In this document: piece after piece, positions 42,782 through 50,996 of the stretch
Layout of the letters: each line of letters starts with the position of its first letter
Numbering within the stretch: the stretch's first letter is position 1
Assembly (NCBI GenBank): GCA_963769025.1
Contig: CAVYKI010000009.1
Location: 1,024,001 to 1,088,000 of the forward strand
Origin: an uncultured Verrucomicrobiae bacterium
GTDB lineage: Bacteria > Verrucomicrobiota > Verrucomicrobiia > Chthoniobacterales > Chthoniobacteraceae
Length of the DNA stretch: 64,000 bases
Direction of reading: 5' to 3'
Position numbers and translations under genes: made by a program
The notes under the pieces: model-generated
What the model saw: the letters and a program-made list of their open reading frames with translations, nothing else
Told to the model about the DNA's origin: nothing
Databases searched by the model: none

Positions 42782-44259
42782 CGGAAATTAGCGCGTCGCT
42801 GCCTCCGCCATGATTTCCTGCCGAGTTCCCGCGCGGTGCCGGCACGGTTTCGATCTTCGCGATTCTTTTCCAGTTCGTCGGAGTTGTATTCCGGCGGCAT
42901 CGGCGGCGGGACGTGGCTTCTGCGCGACTTGCCGGTGAACTCGTCGCGGAACTTCGCGACGAAGCTCTGCATCGGCCACGAGCAGGCTTCGCCAAAGGCG
43001 CAGATCGTCTTGCCGGCGATGTTGTCGGCGACGTTCTTGAGCGTCTCGGGATCCTTCTCGGTGCCGCCGCCGGCGACGATGCGGTCGGTGATCTTCTTCA
43101 TCCACAGCGCGCCTTCGCGGCACGGCGTGCACTGGCCGCAGCTCTCGTGGGCGTAGAATTCGTTGATGTTGTTCAGCGTCCCAGACCATGTCGCGCGAGT
43201 CGTCCATCACGATCACGCCGCCGCGAGCCGGCCATCGAGCCGCACGCCGCGAGCGTGTCGAAATCCATCGGGATGTCTTCGAGCGCCGATCTCGCGATCC
43301 TTGAGCTTGTAACGTCTCGCCCGCCTTCAGCACCTTCGCCGAGGAGCCGCCGGGGATGACGGCCTTCAGCTTGCGCCCGGGCTTCAAGCCGCCGCAGATG
43401 TCGTTGATGAGTTCGCCCATCGTGACGCTGCCGACTTCCACCTCGTAATAGCCGGGCTTCTGCACGTCGCCGCTCACGCAGAGGATGCGCGTGCCGGTGT
43501 TGTTCGGCTTGCCGAGCTTCGCGTATTCGCGCCGCCGCCCATGCGCGATGATGTGCTTCACGTCGCAGAGCGTCTCGACGTTGTTCACGATCGTCGGGCA
43601 CTGGTAGAGGCCGAGCACGGCGGGGAAATACGGCGGCTTGATGCGCGGATAGGCGCGCTTGCCTTCGAGCGATTCGATGAGGCCGGTCTCCTCGCCGCAG
43701 ATGTAGGCGCCCGCGCCGCGATGCACGTAGATCTCGCAGTCGAAGCCGGTGCCGAGGATGTTCTTGCCGAGGAAATTTTTCGCCCGCGCCTCCGCGAGCG
43801 CCTTCTCCAGGATCTGCGCGCCCTCGGGGAATTCGCCGCGGATGTAGATGTAGGCGAGGTTCGCACCGACCGCGAAGCACGAGATGATCATGCCCTCGAT
43901 GAGCTGATGCGGATCCTGATGGATGATGTAGCGATCCTTGAACGTGCCCGGCTCCGACTCGTCCGCGTTGCAGATGAGATAGGTCGGCTTCGGCCCGCCG
44001 CGCTTGATGAAGCCCCACTTCACGCCGCACGGAAAACCCGCGCCGCCGCGCCCGCGCAGGCCGCGACTTCTTCACCTCATCGATGATCTCCTCCGGCTTC
44101 ATCGTCGAGCGCCTTCTTCAGCTCCTCGTAGCCGCCGTCCTGCAGGTAGCACTCGATGTCGTTCGTCCAGCCCTCGCGGTCGATGTTCTTGAAAACGATC
44201 CGCTTCTCGCGCGGATGCGGCGGCAGCACCTTCGGCAGCGTCGCGTCGCTCTTCGTCAC
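42778..44259 (-). CDS. nuoF: NADH-quinone oxidoreductase subunit F (frameshifted; probably fused to NuoE)
   Basis: NADESEPGTFKDR, GAGAYICGEETGL, NNVETL, ESCGQCTPCR, TICAFG. Confidence 0.92.
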
Positions 44260-44792
44260 GCTCAGCAGCTTCCGCCGCCTTGTCGAGCGTGATGTTTTCC
44301 TTGAAATGGTCATCCACCATCGCGACCGGCGCGCTGCCGCAGCTCGCGAGGCACTCGACGAACTCCATCGAAAATTTTCCATCCGGCGACACGGCGATCG
44401 GGTTGCCGTGACCAGGATTGTGCGGGTGCCCGTGGACGACCGCCATTTTCTGCTCCGCGAGAAATGCCGGCAAATCGATCCCCGCGGCCTTCGCGACGCG
44501 CTCGCGCAATTCGTACGCACCGGCCATCGCGCACGAGAGCGTGCGGCAGACGCGGATGTGCGTCTCGCCCGCCGGCTGCGCGGCGGAACATCGGGTAGAA
44601 CGTGACCAGTTCGAGAATGTTGATCGGCTGGAGTTCCAGCTTCGCCGCGATCCACGCGATCGCTTCGTCGGAGATGAATCCGAAATGCTCCTGCCAGAGA
44701 TGCAGCAGCGGCAGCGACGCCGAGCGCTTCGACGCCGGGTAATGCGTGATCGCCTCGTCGATTTTCGCGAGCAGTTCGGTGGGAGGCGTCAT
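44260..44792 (-). CDS. nuoE: NADH-quinone oxidoreductase subunit E (frameshifted; probably N-terminal part of a NuoEF fusion)
   Basis: YP..KRSA.LPLLH, VTFYPMF, CRTLSC, VECLASCGSAP. Confidence 0.9.
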
Positions 44793-44796
44793 CGTA

Positions 44797-45216
44797 TCAG
44801 GGACGGATTGCGGTCGTCTCCATCGACCCGGGCGCCACTACGACAGGCGCTTCACTGCCAGCCGGTAGAGCCTCGCCAAATTGCGGGATCTTGCGCTGCA
44901 AATTCCCATCCACAAAAAGCAGCTCGATGGTCTTTCCGTCCTGCACGTAATACCAGCGCGTCAGCTCCAAGTTCTTCTGGACGAGGATGGGGCGCTTCTC
45001 GGTCTCCATCCGCGCGGGCTGGCCGAGGATGCTTTCCACTTCCTTCAAGGTGAGCCCTTCCTTGACCAGCGGTGAACGCGTGGACCGGGTTGCGGCAAGT
45101 TCCTGCTGCCGGTTGGCGACCTCGATATTCGCGGACGAAAGCCTGCGCTCGCAGCCCGTGAAAACGAGCATCGAAACCGTGGTGATAAAGGCGAATCTGA
45201 CAGCCAAGCGATGCAC
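44797..45216 (-). CDS. Lipoprotein with BamE/SmpA-like motif
   Basis: Lipobox FTGC; GLTLKEVESILGQP...WYY...LLFVDG. Confidence 0.6.
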   Translation of the reverse strand: MHRLAVRFAFITTVSMLVFTGCERRLSSANIEVANRQQELAATRSTRSPLVKEGLTLKEVESILGQPARMETEKRPILVQKNLELTRWYYVQDGKTIELLFVDGNLQRKIPQFGEALPAGSEAPVVVAPGSMETTAIRP

Positions 45217-45360
45217 TGCTAGCGACTAAAACGGGGGCGCGGAATTGGAGCAAGGTCAATTTGTGAAATATTTCACAATCTCGCGCCGTCGCGCGGGTTT
45301 TCTACTTCCCTCCGTCGGCAGTCCGCCGCAGAAACCTTCCCCTCCCCGGTTCCTTTCCCC

Positions 45361-47415
45361 ATGAAATATCTCGCCTGTCTCCTCGCCCTCAGCGTCTCCG
45401 CATTCGCGCAAAGGAATCCCACGCCGGCAGACCCGGACGCGAATGCGCCCGCAGCATCTCCCGCGCAGAACCGCGCGCAGAAACAGTTCCCGCCGGCGGG
45501 CGTCGCCATCCCCGTGAAGGATCGCGCGGAACTCACGGCGGGCGCGGCGGAGTTGGGCAAAGAGATCGCCGCTCTGAAGCTCGCGAAGCTCAGCGGCAGC
45601 TTTAGCGCGCTGATTCCCGACGTGGAAGTCTTCCACAAGGCCGTGGACTGGGCGCTGCGCTACGACGAATTCTACAACGTGAAGGAAGTCGCCACCGCGC
45701 GCACACTGCTCGCCGAGGGCAAGGCGCGCGCCGCCGCATTGCGCGAAGGCAAGGCTCCGTGGACCACGCAGACCGGGCCGGTCGTGCGCGGCTACCGCTC
45801 GAAGATTGACGGCAGCGTGCAACCCTTCGGCGTCGTCGTGCCGACGACCTGGAAAGGCCCTGCCGACAAGACGCCGCGCCCGACGTGGATCTGGAATCAC
45901 GGCCGCGGCGACACGCTCAGCGAATTCGCCTTCATCGCCGGACGCATGAAATCACCCGGTGAATTCGCGACGGACGCGAACATCGTCATCCACCCCTACG
46001 GCCGCTACTGCAACGCCACGAAATTCGCCGGCGAGGTGGACGTCTTCGAGGCGCTCGACGCCGCGGCGCGCGCGTATCCCGTGGACCGCAGCCGCCTCGT
46101 GAACGCCGGCTTCTCGATGGGCGGCGCGAGCGCGTGGCACCTCGGCGTGCATCACAGCGGGCTGTGGGCCGTCACGCACACCGGCGCGGGCTTTGCCGAG
46201 ACGGCGGAATACGCGGGCGTCTTCGCCGCCGGCAAGACCCCGCCGCCGTGGTGGGAAGTCATCCTCTACCGCTGGTATGACGCCACCGTCGCCGTCGCCA
46301 ATTTCGCCAACCACCCCGTACTCGCCTACTACGGCAGCGACGACAAACAGAAACAGGCCACGGTGATCATGAAGCGCTTCGCGGAAAAAGAGGGCGTGAA
46401 AATCGAGGAGTTCATCGGCCCCGGCGTCGGCCACAAGTACGAGCCGGAGACGCAGAAGAAGATCGCCGACAAGGTAGCCGCGCTTCTCGCCGCACGCCCG
46501 GCGAACGACGACGAAGTCCACGTCGCCACCTGCACGCTGCACTACCCAAAGGTGAAGTGGGTGCGCATCGACGGCATGGAACGCCAGTGGGAACGCGCGG
46601 AAGTTCACGCGAAGAGCGACGCAGACAAAATCATCGCGACGACGAAGAACGTGACGGCGCTTGTTTTCTCGACACCATTCCGCGACGGCCCGCCTGCCAG
46701 CGAGCGCATCAGGCAAGTCGTCCTCGACGGCCAGACTCTCACCCCGGCATGGAACAAGGCGGGTGCGCAATTTGTGAAGACCGGTGGGCGCTGGGCAGGC
46801 GGCATCCAGCAAAGCGGACTGCGCAAGCAGCCCGGAGTTTCCGGCCCGATAGATGACGCCTTCACTTCCCCGTTCATCTTTGTGAAGCCCACCGGCGCTC
46901 CGCTGAATTCCTCCGCCGGAGAGTGGACTCAGCGCGAACTTGCGCACGCCACCAAACAGTGGCGTGCCATCTACCGCGGCGATGCACCGGCGAAGAACGA
47001 CACCGAAATCTCCGCAGCGGACCTTCAGGAGAACAACCTCATCCTCTGGGGCGATCCCTCCTCGAACGCCGTGTTGGAAAAAATCGCCCAACTGCCTGGC
47101 AGTTCCACACAGCTGCCGGTGAAGTGGACGAGGGACGGGCTCGAATTCGGCGGGAAGAAATACGACGCGGCCACGCACATGCCGATCCTCATTTTCCCGA
47201 ATCCGCTGAACCCGCGCCGCTACGTCGTGCTCAACAGCGGCTTCACCTTCAGCCGCGCCTGCGCGAGCGGGACGAACTCCCTGCAGACGCCGAAGCTGCC
47301 CGACTGGGCCATCGTGGACACGACCGTGCCGCCGGATGACAAGTTCCCCGGCAAGATCGTGGACGCGGGATTCTTCGACGAGCAGTGGCGCTTCACCGCC
47401 GAGCGGCCGAAGTAG
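45361..47415 (+). CDS. Secreted alpha/beta hydrolase (prolyl oligopeptidase/esterase-like)
   Basis: GYRSKIDGSVQPF, HGRG, GFSMGG, GVGH, PNPLNPRRYVVLNSG. Confidence 0.85.
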   Translation: MKYLACLLALSVSAFAQRNPTPADPDANAPAASPAQNRAQKQFPPAGVAIPVKDRAELTAGAAELGKEIAALKLAKLSGSFSALIPDVEVFHKAVDWALRYDEFYNVKEVATARTLLAEGKARAAALREGKAPWTTQTGPVVRGYRSKIDGSVQPFGVVVPTTWKGPADKTPRPTWIWNHGRGDTLSEFAFIAGRMKSPGEFATDANIVIHPYGRYCNATKFAGEVDVFEALDAAARAYPVDRSRLVNAGFSMGGASAWHLGVHHSGLWAVTHTGAGFAETAEYAGVFAAGKTPPPWWEVILYRWYDATVAVANFANHPVLAYYGSDDKQKQATVIMKRFAEKEGVKIEEFIGPGVGHKYEPETQKKIADKVAALLAARPANDDEVHVATCTLHYPKVKWVRIDGMERQWERAEVHAKSDADKIIATTKNVTALVFSTPFRDGPPASERIRQVVLDGQTLTPAWNKAGAQFVKTGGRWAGGIQQSGLRKQPGVSGPIDDAFTSPFIFVKPTGAPLNSSAGEWTQRELAHATKQWRAIYRGDAPAKNDTEISAADLQENNLILWGDPSSNAVLEKIAQLPGSSTQLPVKWTRDGLEFGGKKYDAATHMPILIFPNPLNPRRYVVLNSGFTFSRACASGTNSLQTPKLPDWAIVDTTVPPDDKFPGKIVDAGFFDEQWRFTAERPK

Positions 47416-47423
47416 CCGCGCCC

Positions 47424-47492
47424 GTAGCGTAGCTCTCCAGAGCTGCGGGCGTTGGCGAACGAAGAAGCCGCAGCTCTGGAGAGCTACGCTAC
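47424..47492. repeat. GTAG-type REP doublet (25-bp perfect inverted repeat, REPIN-like)
   Basis: GTAGCGTAGCTCTCCAGAGCTGCGG ...19 nt... CCGCAGCTCTGGAGAGCTACGCTAC; each arm has an internal AGCTCT-CC-AGAGCT hairpin. Confidence 0.8.
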
Positions 47493-47543
47493 AAACCGAA
47501 TCGCGCGCTTGCAGCGCACAAACCAAATCAACAACCTCACCTC

Positions 47544-48557
47544 ATGAAACTCGCCTCCGCCGCCCTCCTCCTCGCGCTCGCCACCCCCGCATTTGCGCAC
47601 GACGCGAACGTGGAAATGGCGAAGGCCGCGAATGCATTCCTCGCAGCGCTCACGCCGGAGCAAAAGGCGAAGGCCGCGTTTCCATTCGAGAGTGACGCGA
47701 AGGGCGAGCGCGTCAACTGGCACTTCATCCCGCGCGAGCGAAAGGGGCTGCCGATCAAGGACATGACGGAGCCGCAGGTCGCACTCGCGCGCGCGCTTTT
47801 GAAGACCGGCCTGAGCGACGACGGCTACAAGAAGGCGGAGACGATCCAGAGCCTCGAATCCATCCTGCGCGTGATGGAGAAGGACACGACCGGCAAGCGC
47901 GATCCGCTGAAGTATTACGTGAGCGTCTTCGGCACGCCGGGGAGCAAGGTGTGGGGTTGGCGCTGGGAGGGTCATCACCAGTCGTTCAACTATACGACCG
48001 TCGGCAATGCCGCGCCTTCGATGACGCCGTCGTTCTTCGGCACGAATCCCGGCGAGGTGCGCGAAGGTGACCGCAGGGGACTGCGCGTGCTGGGCCTCGA
48101 GGAGGATCTCGGGCGCGGGCTCGTGAAATCGCTCAACGATGAGCAGCTGAAAATCGCGGTGATGCCCGGCGATGCGCCGAAGGAAATCTTCAACGACCCG
48201 AAGCGGCCCGACCCGACGAAACCCGAGGGGATCCCCGCATCGAAGCTGAGCGCCGACCAGCAGGCGGCGCTGGTGAAAATCATCAAGCTCTACCTTTTCC
48301 GCTGCCGCCCGGATGTCGCCGCGGAGGAATACGCGAAAATCGAGAAGGCCGGGCTCGGCAATGTGCATTTCGCGTGGGCGGGCGGCTTTGAACTCGGCGA
48401 ACCGCACTACTATCGCATCCAGAACACGGCGTTCGTCCTCGAATACGACAACACGCAGAACAACGCGAACCACGTCCACTGCATCTGGCGCGACTTTGCG
48501 AATGACTTCGGCACCGACCTCCTCAAGCAGCACGTGAGCGAGGGGCACGGGAAGTAG
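47544..48557 (+). CDS. DUF3500 domain protein
   Basis: WHFIP, YYVSVFGTP, WGWRWEGHH, PSFFGTNP, YYRIQ, EYDNTQNNANHVHCIWRD. Confidence 0.9.
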   Translation: MKLASAALLLALATPAFAHDANVEMAKAANAFLAALTPEQKAKAAFPFESDAKGERVNWHFIPRERKGLPIKDMTEPQVALARALLKTGLSDDGYKKAETIQSLESILRVMEKDTTGKRDPLKYYVSVFGTPGSKVWGWRWEGHHQSFNYTTVGNAAPSMTPSFFGTNPGEVREGDRRGLRVLGLEEDLGRGLVKSLNDEQLKIAVMPGDAPKEIFNDPKRPDPTKPEGIPASKLSADQQAALVKIIKLYLFRCRPDVAAEEYAKIEKAGLGNVHFAWAGGFELGEPHYYRIQNTAFVLEYDNTQNNANHVHCIWRDFANDFGTDLLKQHVSEGHGK

Positions 48558-48594
48558 CCCCCTTTCCCCACCCCTCCGCCGCGGCCCTGCGCCG

Positions 48595-49101
48595 TTACTC
48601 GGAAATGGTGACGGTGTCCGCCTTGCCCGTCGCCTGGCTGTTCGACGCGCTGGTGAAAATCCTGGTCAGCGAATCCTTGCTGCCGACGCGGTATTCGATC
48701 GTCCGCGAGTGGGTCGTGACAGGGTAGCTTTTCACGACCTTCTTCCACGAATCGCTGCCGCTGCGCTCGGCGGCGTCGGTGAGAATGTTTTGCACCTTGC
48801 CGAGTGTCGCCGCGCCAAGTCCGCCCGGTCCGGCCGTCACCGCGGGCTCGATGAAATAGAAACGCACGGCGAACTGGCCGCTCGTGTCCACGTTCACTTC
48901 AGTGACCCGCGCCGCGCCATCCACGACATACTCGTGCGTGCTCACGCTGAGGATCGCCGAGACGAGGACTTGGTACGTTCCGCCCGGAAGCGTGCATTTC
49001 CACAGCGGGCGGGTGGCGGTGACCGTGGTCGCCGGCGTGGTAGTGGCGGTCTGAGCCACCGCAGAACCGGCAAGGGCAAGAAGGAAGAGGAGGATGCGCA
49101 T
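48595..49101 (-). CDS. Secreted hypothetical protein
   Basis: Signal peptide; LWKCTLPGG, HEYVVDG, KVVKSYPVTTH. Confidence 0.65.
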   Translation of the reverse strand: MRILLFLLALAGSAVAQTATTTPATTVTATRPLWKCTLPGGTYQVLVSAILSVSTHEYVVDGAARVTEVNVDTSGQFAVRFYFIEPAVTAGPGGLGAATLGKVQNILTDAAERSGSDSWKKVVKSYPVTTHSRTIEYRVGSKDSLTRIFTSASNSQATGKADTVTISE

Positions 49102-49158
49102 GGAAGGAGGATTTCAAAGCCATGGAAGCCGCGCGACGCGGTGCGTGCAATCACTTCA

Positions 49159-49629
49159 TCACGGCAGTTCCAGTTCGGGCTGCGTGACTGATTTCAGTTC
49201 CCAATCCCATGGCTTCCAACTGCGCTGCCGCCACTCGGTCACGAAAGGCTCGCGCAAGGCGTTCACCGCGTCCCGCGCCGCCATCGCCAACGGACCTCCG
49301 AGGCCTTTCAGTCGCATCTTTTCAGCGAGCCGCCAATTGCCCGATTCCTCCCCCAGCCCCTTCGGTTCGCGCTCCACGGTCAGCATCGCAAACTGACCGA
49401 AGACCTCGCGGCTGCGGTCCAAAACCGTCGCCTTGTCATGCTGCCACCGGTCGCGGTAATCGGCGGCCAGCATCCCGGCCATCGCGGCAAAATCGCGTTT
49501 CTCGATGCTCGACAGAAGCCTTGCCTGCGCACGGGGAATCTGCCGTTCTGGCCGAAGCCACCAACGCAGCCACAACGCCGCGAAGAGGACCACGCATCCG
49601 AGCAGCAACGCTTTATTTTTTCCGTTCAT
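49159..49629 (-). CDS. Membrane-anchored NTF2/SnoaL-like hypothetical protein
   Basis: TM helix then PERQI...LAADYRDRWQHDK. Confidence 0.6.
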   Translation of the reverse strand: MNGKNKALLLGCVVLFAALWLRWWLRPERQIPRAQARLLSSIEKRDFAAMAGMLAADYRDRWQHDKATVLDRSREVFGQFAMLTVEREPKGLGEESGNWRLAEKMRLKGLGGPLAMAARDAVNALREPFVTEWRQRSWKPWDWELKSVTQPELELP

Positions 49630-50086
49630 GAGCAAGTCCGAGCCGAGTTATCAGCGAAACGTCGCAGGCATCCTGCGCAACCGCGACGGAAAAATCCTGA
49701 TCTGCGAACGCTCGAATGTGCCGGGCGCATGGCAGTTTCCGCAGGGCGGAGTGGATGACGGCGAGACCGTCGAGCAGGCCCTGACGAGGGAACTGTGGGA
49801 GGAAATTTCGCTCGACCCTGACGACTTCAGGATCGTCGAGAAACGCAGCGGCTACCGCTACGTTTTCACCGGCGGGAAAAAGCGCGGCCACGACGGAAAG
49901 GATCAGACCTATTTCCTGTGCGACTTCCTCGCGGGCGACTCGAAGATCGACGTCAAAACCAAGCACCCGGAGTTTCGCGCATGGAAGTGGATTGCGCCCT
50001 CGGAATTCCGCCGGGAATGGCTTCCGGCCATGAAGGCGGATGTTTACGCAGCGGTTTTCGAGGATTTTTTTGGCACCCGGATCTAA
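49628..50086 (+). CDS. Nudix hydrolase (RppH/NudH-like)
   Basis: WQFPQGGVDDGETVEQALTRELWEE Nudix box; PEFRAWKW, K..VY. Confidence 0.85.
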   Translation: MSKSEPSYQRNVAGILRNRDGKILICERSNVPGAWQFPQGGVDDGETVEQALTRELWEEISLDPDDFRIVEKRSGYRYVFTGGKKRGHDGKDQTYFLCDFLAGDSKIDVKTKHPEFRAWKWIAPSEFRREWLPAMKADVYAAVFEDFFGTRI

Positions 50087-50269
50087 GGCCAATCCCGGCC
50101 CCTGCTGCGACTTGCCCGCGACCGGCATCGCCCGGAATCCAAATTTCTTTAGTAACTGAGTCCGGAACCTGCTTGGGTTCAGCCTGTCCGGCAAGCTCCT
50201 CGCCCAGTTCCTTTGCTCGATGCAGAGGAGCGGGGTGGACGCAAACCGGGTGCCTTTACCAAAAACACA

Positions 50270-50966
50270 ATGTCCGCAGAACCCGATAACCAGTGGCTCC
50301 ATACGGCTGCAAATGACCTGAACAACCTGCTTCAGGTCATCAGCGAGTCGTCAAAGGCGCTCGAACCGATATGCGAGTCCAGCCCTGATGGAATGCGTTA
50401 CTTTGCATTCCTGCGGACGAGCGTGGACCGGGCCAAGCAGGTCACCGCACAACTAGCCTCCCGCCTCGGCGGTCAGGCCGCTCCGGCGGCGACTCTCGAA
50501 GACCGACGCAATCGCGCAGCCAAAGCGCTCTTCGGTCGCCATCGACAATCCGTCCGGGACGAAGGAGTTGATCCTCATCATCGACGACGAGGCGCTCATC
50601 GTGACCCTCGCCAAGCGCATGCTCACCAGCGCGGGATACCGCGTCGTGACTTCCGCCGAACCTTTCCAGGCGCTCGAAATATTCAAGCAACTCAAGGACG
50701 AGGTGGATCTCGTGATCCTCGACTTCACGCTCCCGATCATGGACGGCTCGGAGGTCTTCGACGCGCTCCGCAAGATCACGCCGAGTGTGGCGGTGATGCT
50801 CAGCAGCGGCTTCGCCGAGCAGGAGAAAGTCCGCGCGATGCTAAGCCAAGGACTGCGAGGATTTCTCCCGAAGCCGTACACCCAGGAAAAACTCCTGGCG
50901 CAGGTGCGCTCGACGCTGGACGCCATCCGCAGCGCGAAAGCCGGCGCCACCCGCGCGGCTTTGTAG
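50270..50966 (+). CDS. Response regulator: degenerate HisKA-like helix pair fused to receiver domain; frameshift near 50500-50530
   Basis: AANDLNNLLQVI then LILIIDDE...VILDFTLPIMDG...SSG...FLPKPY. Confidence 0.75.
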
Positions 50967-50996
50967 CACTCGGCAGACCTCAAACCCGCCCGCTCT

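Noticed and set aside
33495..44792. Programmed frameshifting or phase variation in nuo genes
   Set aside because: Indels are numerous, scattered and not at a shared slippery motif; assembly error is simpler
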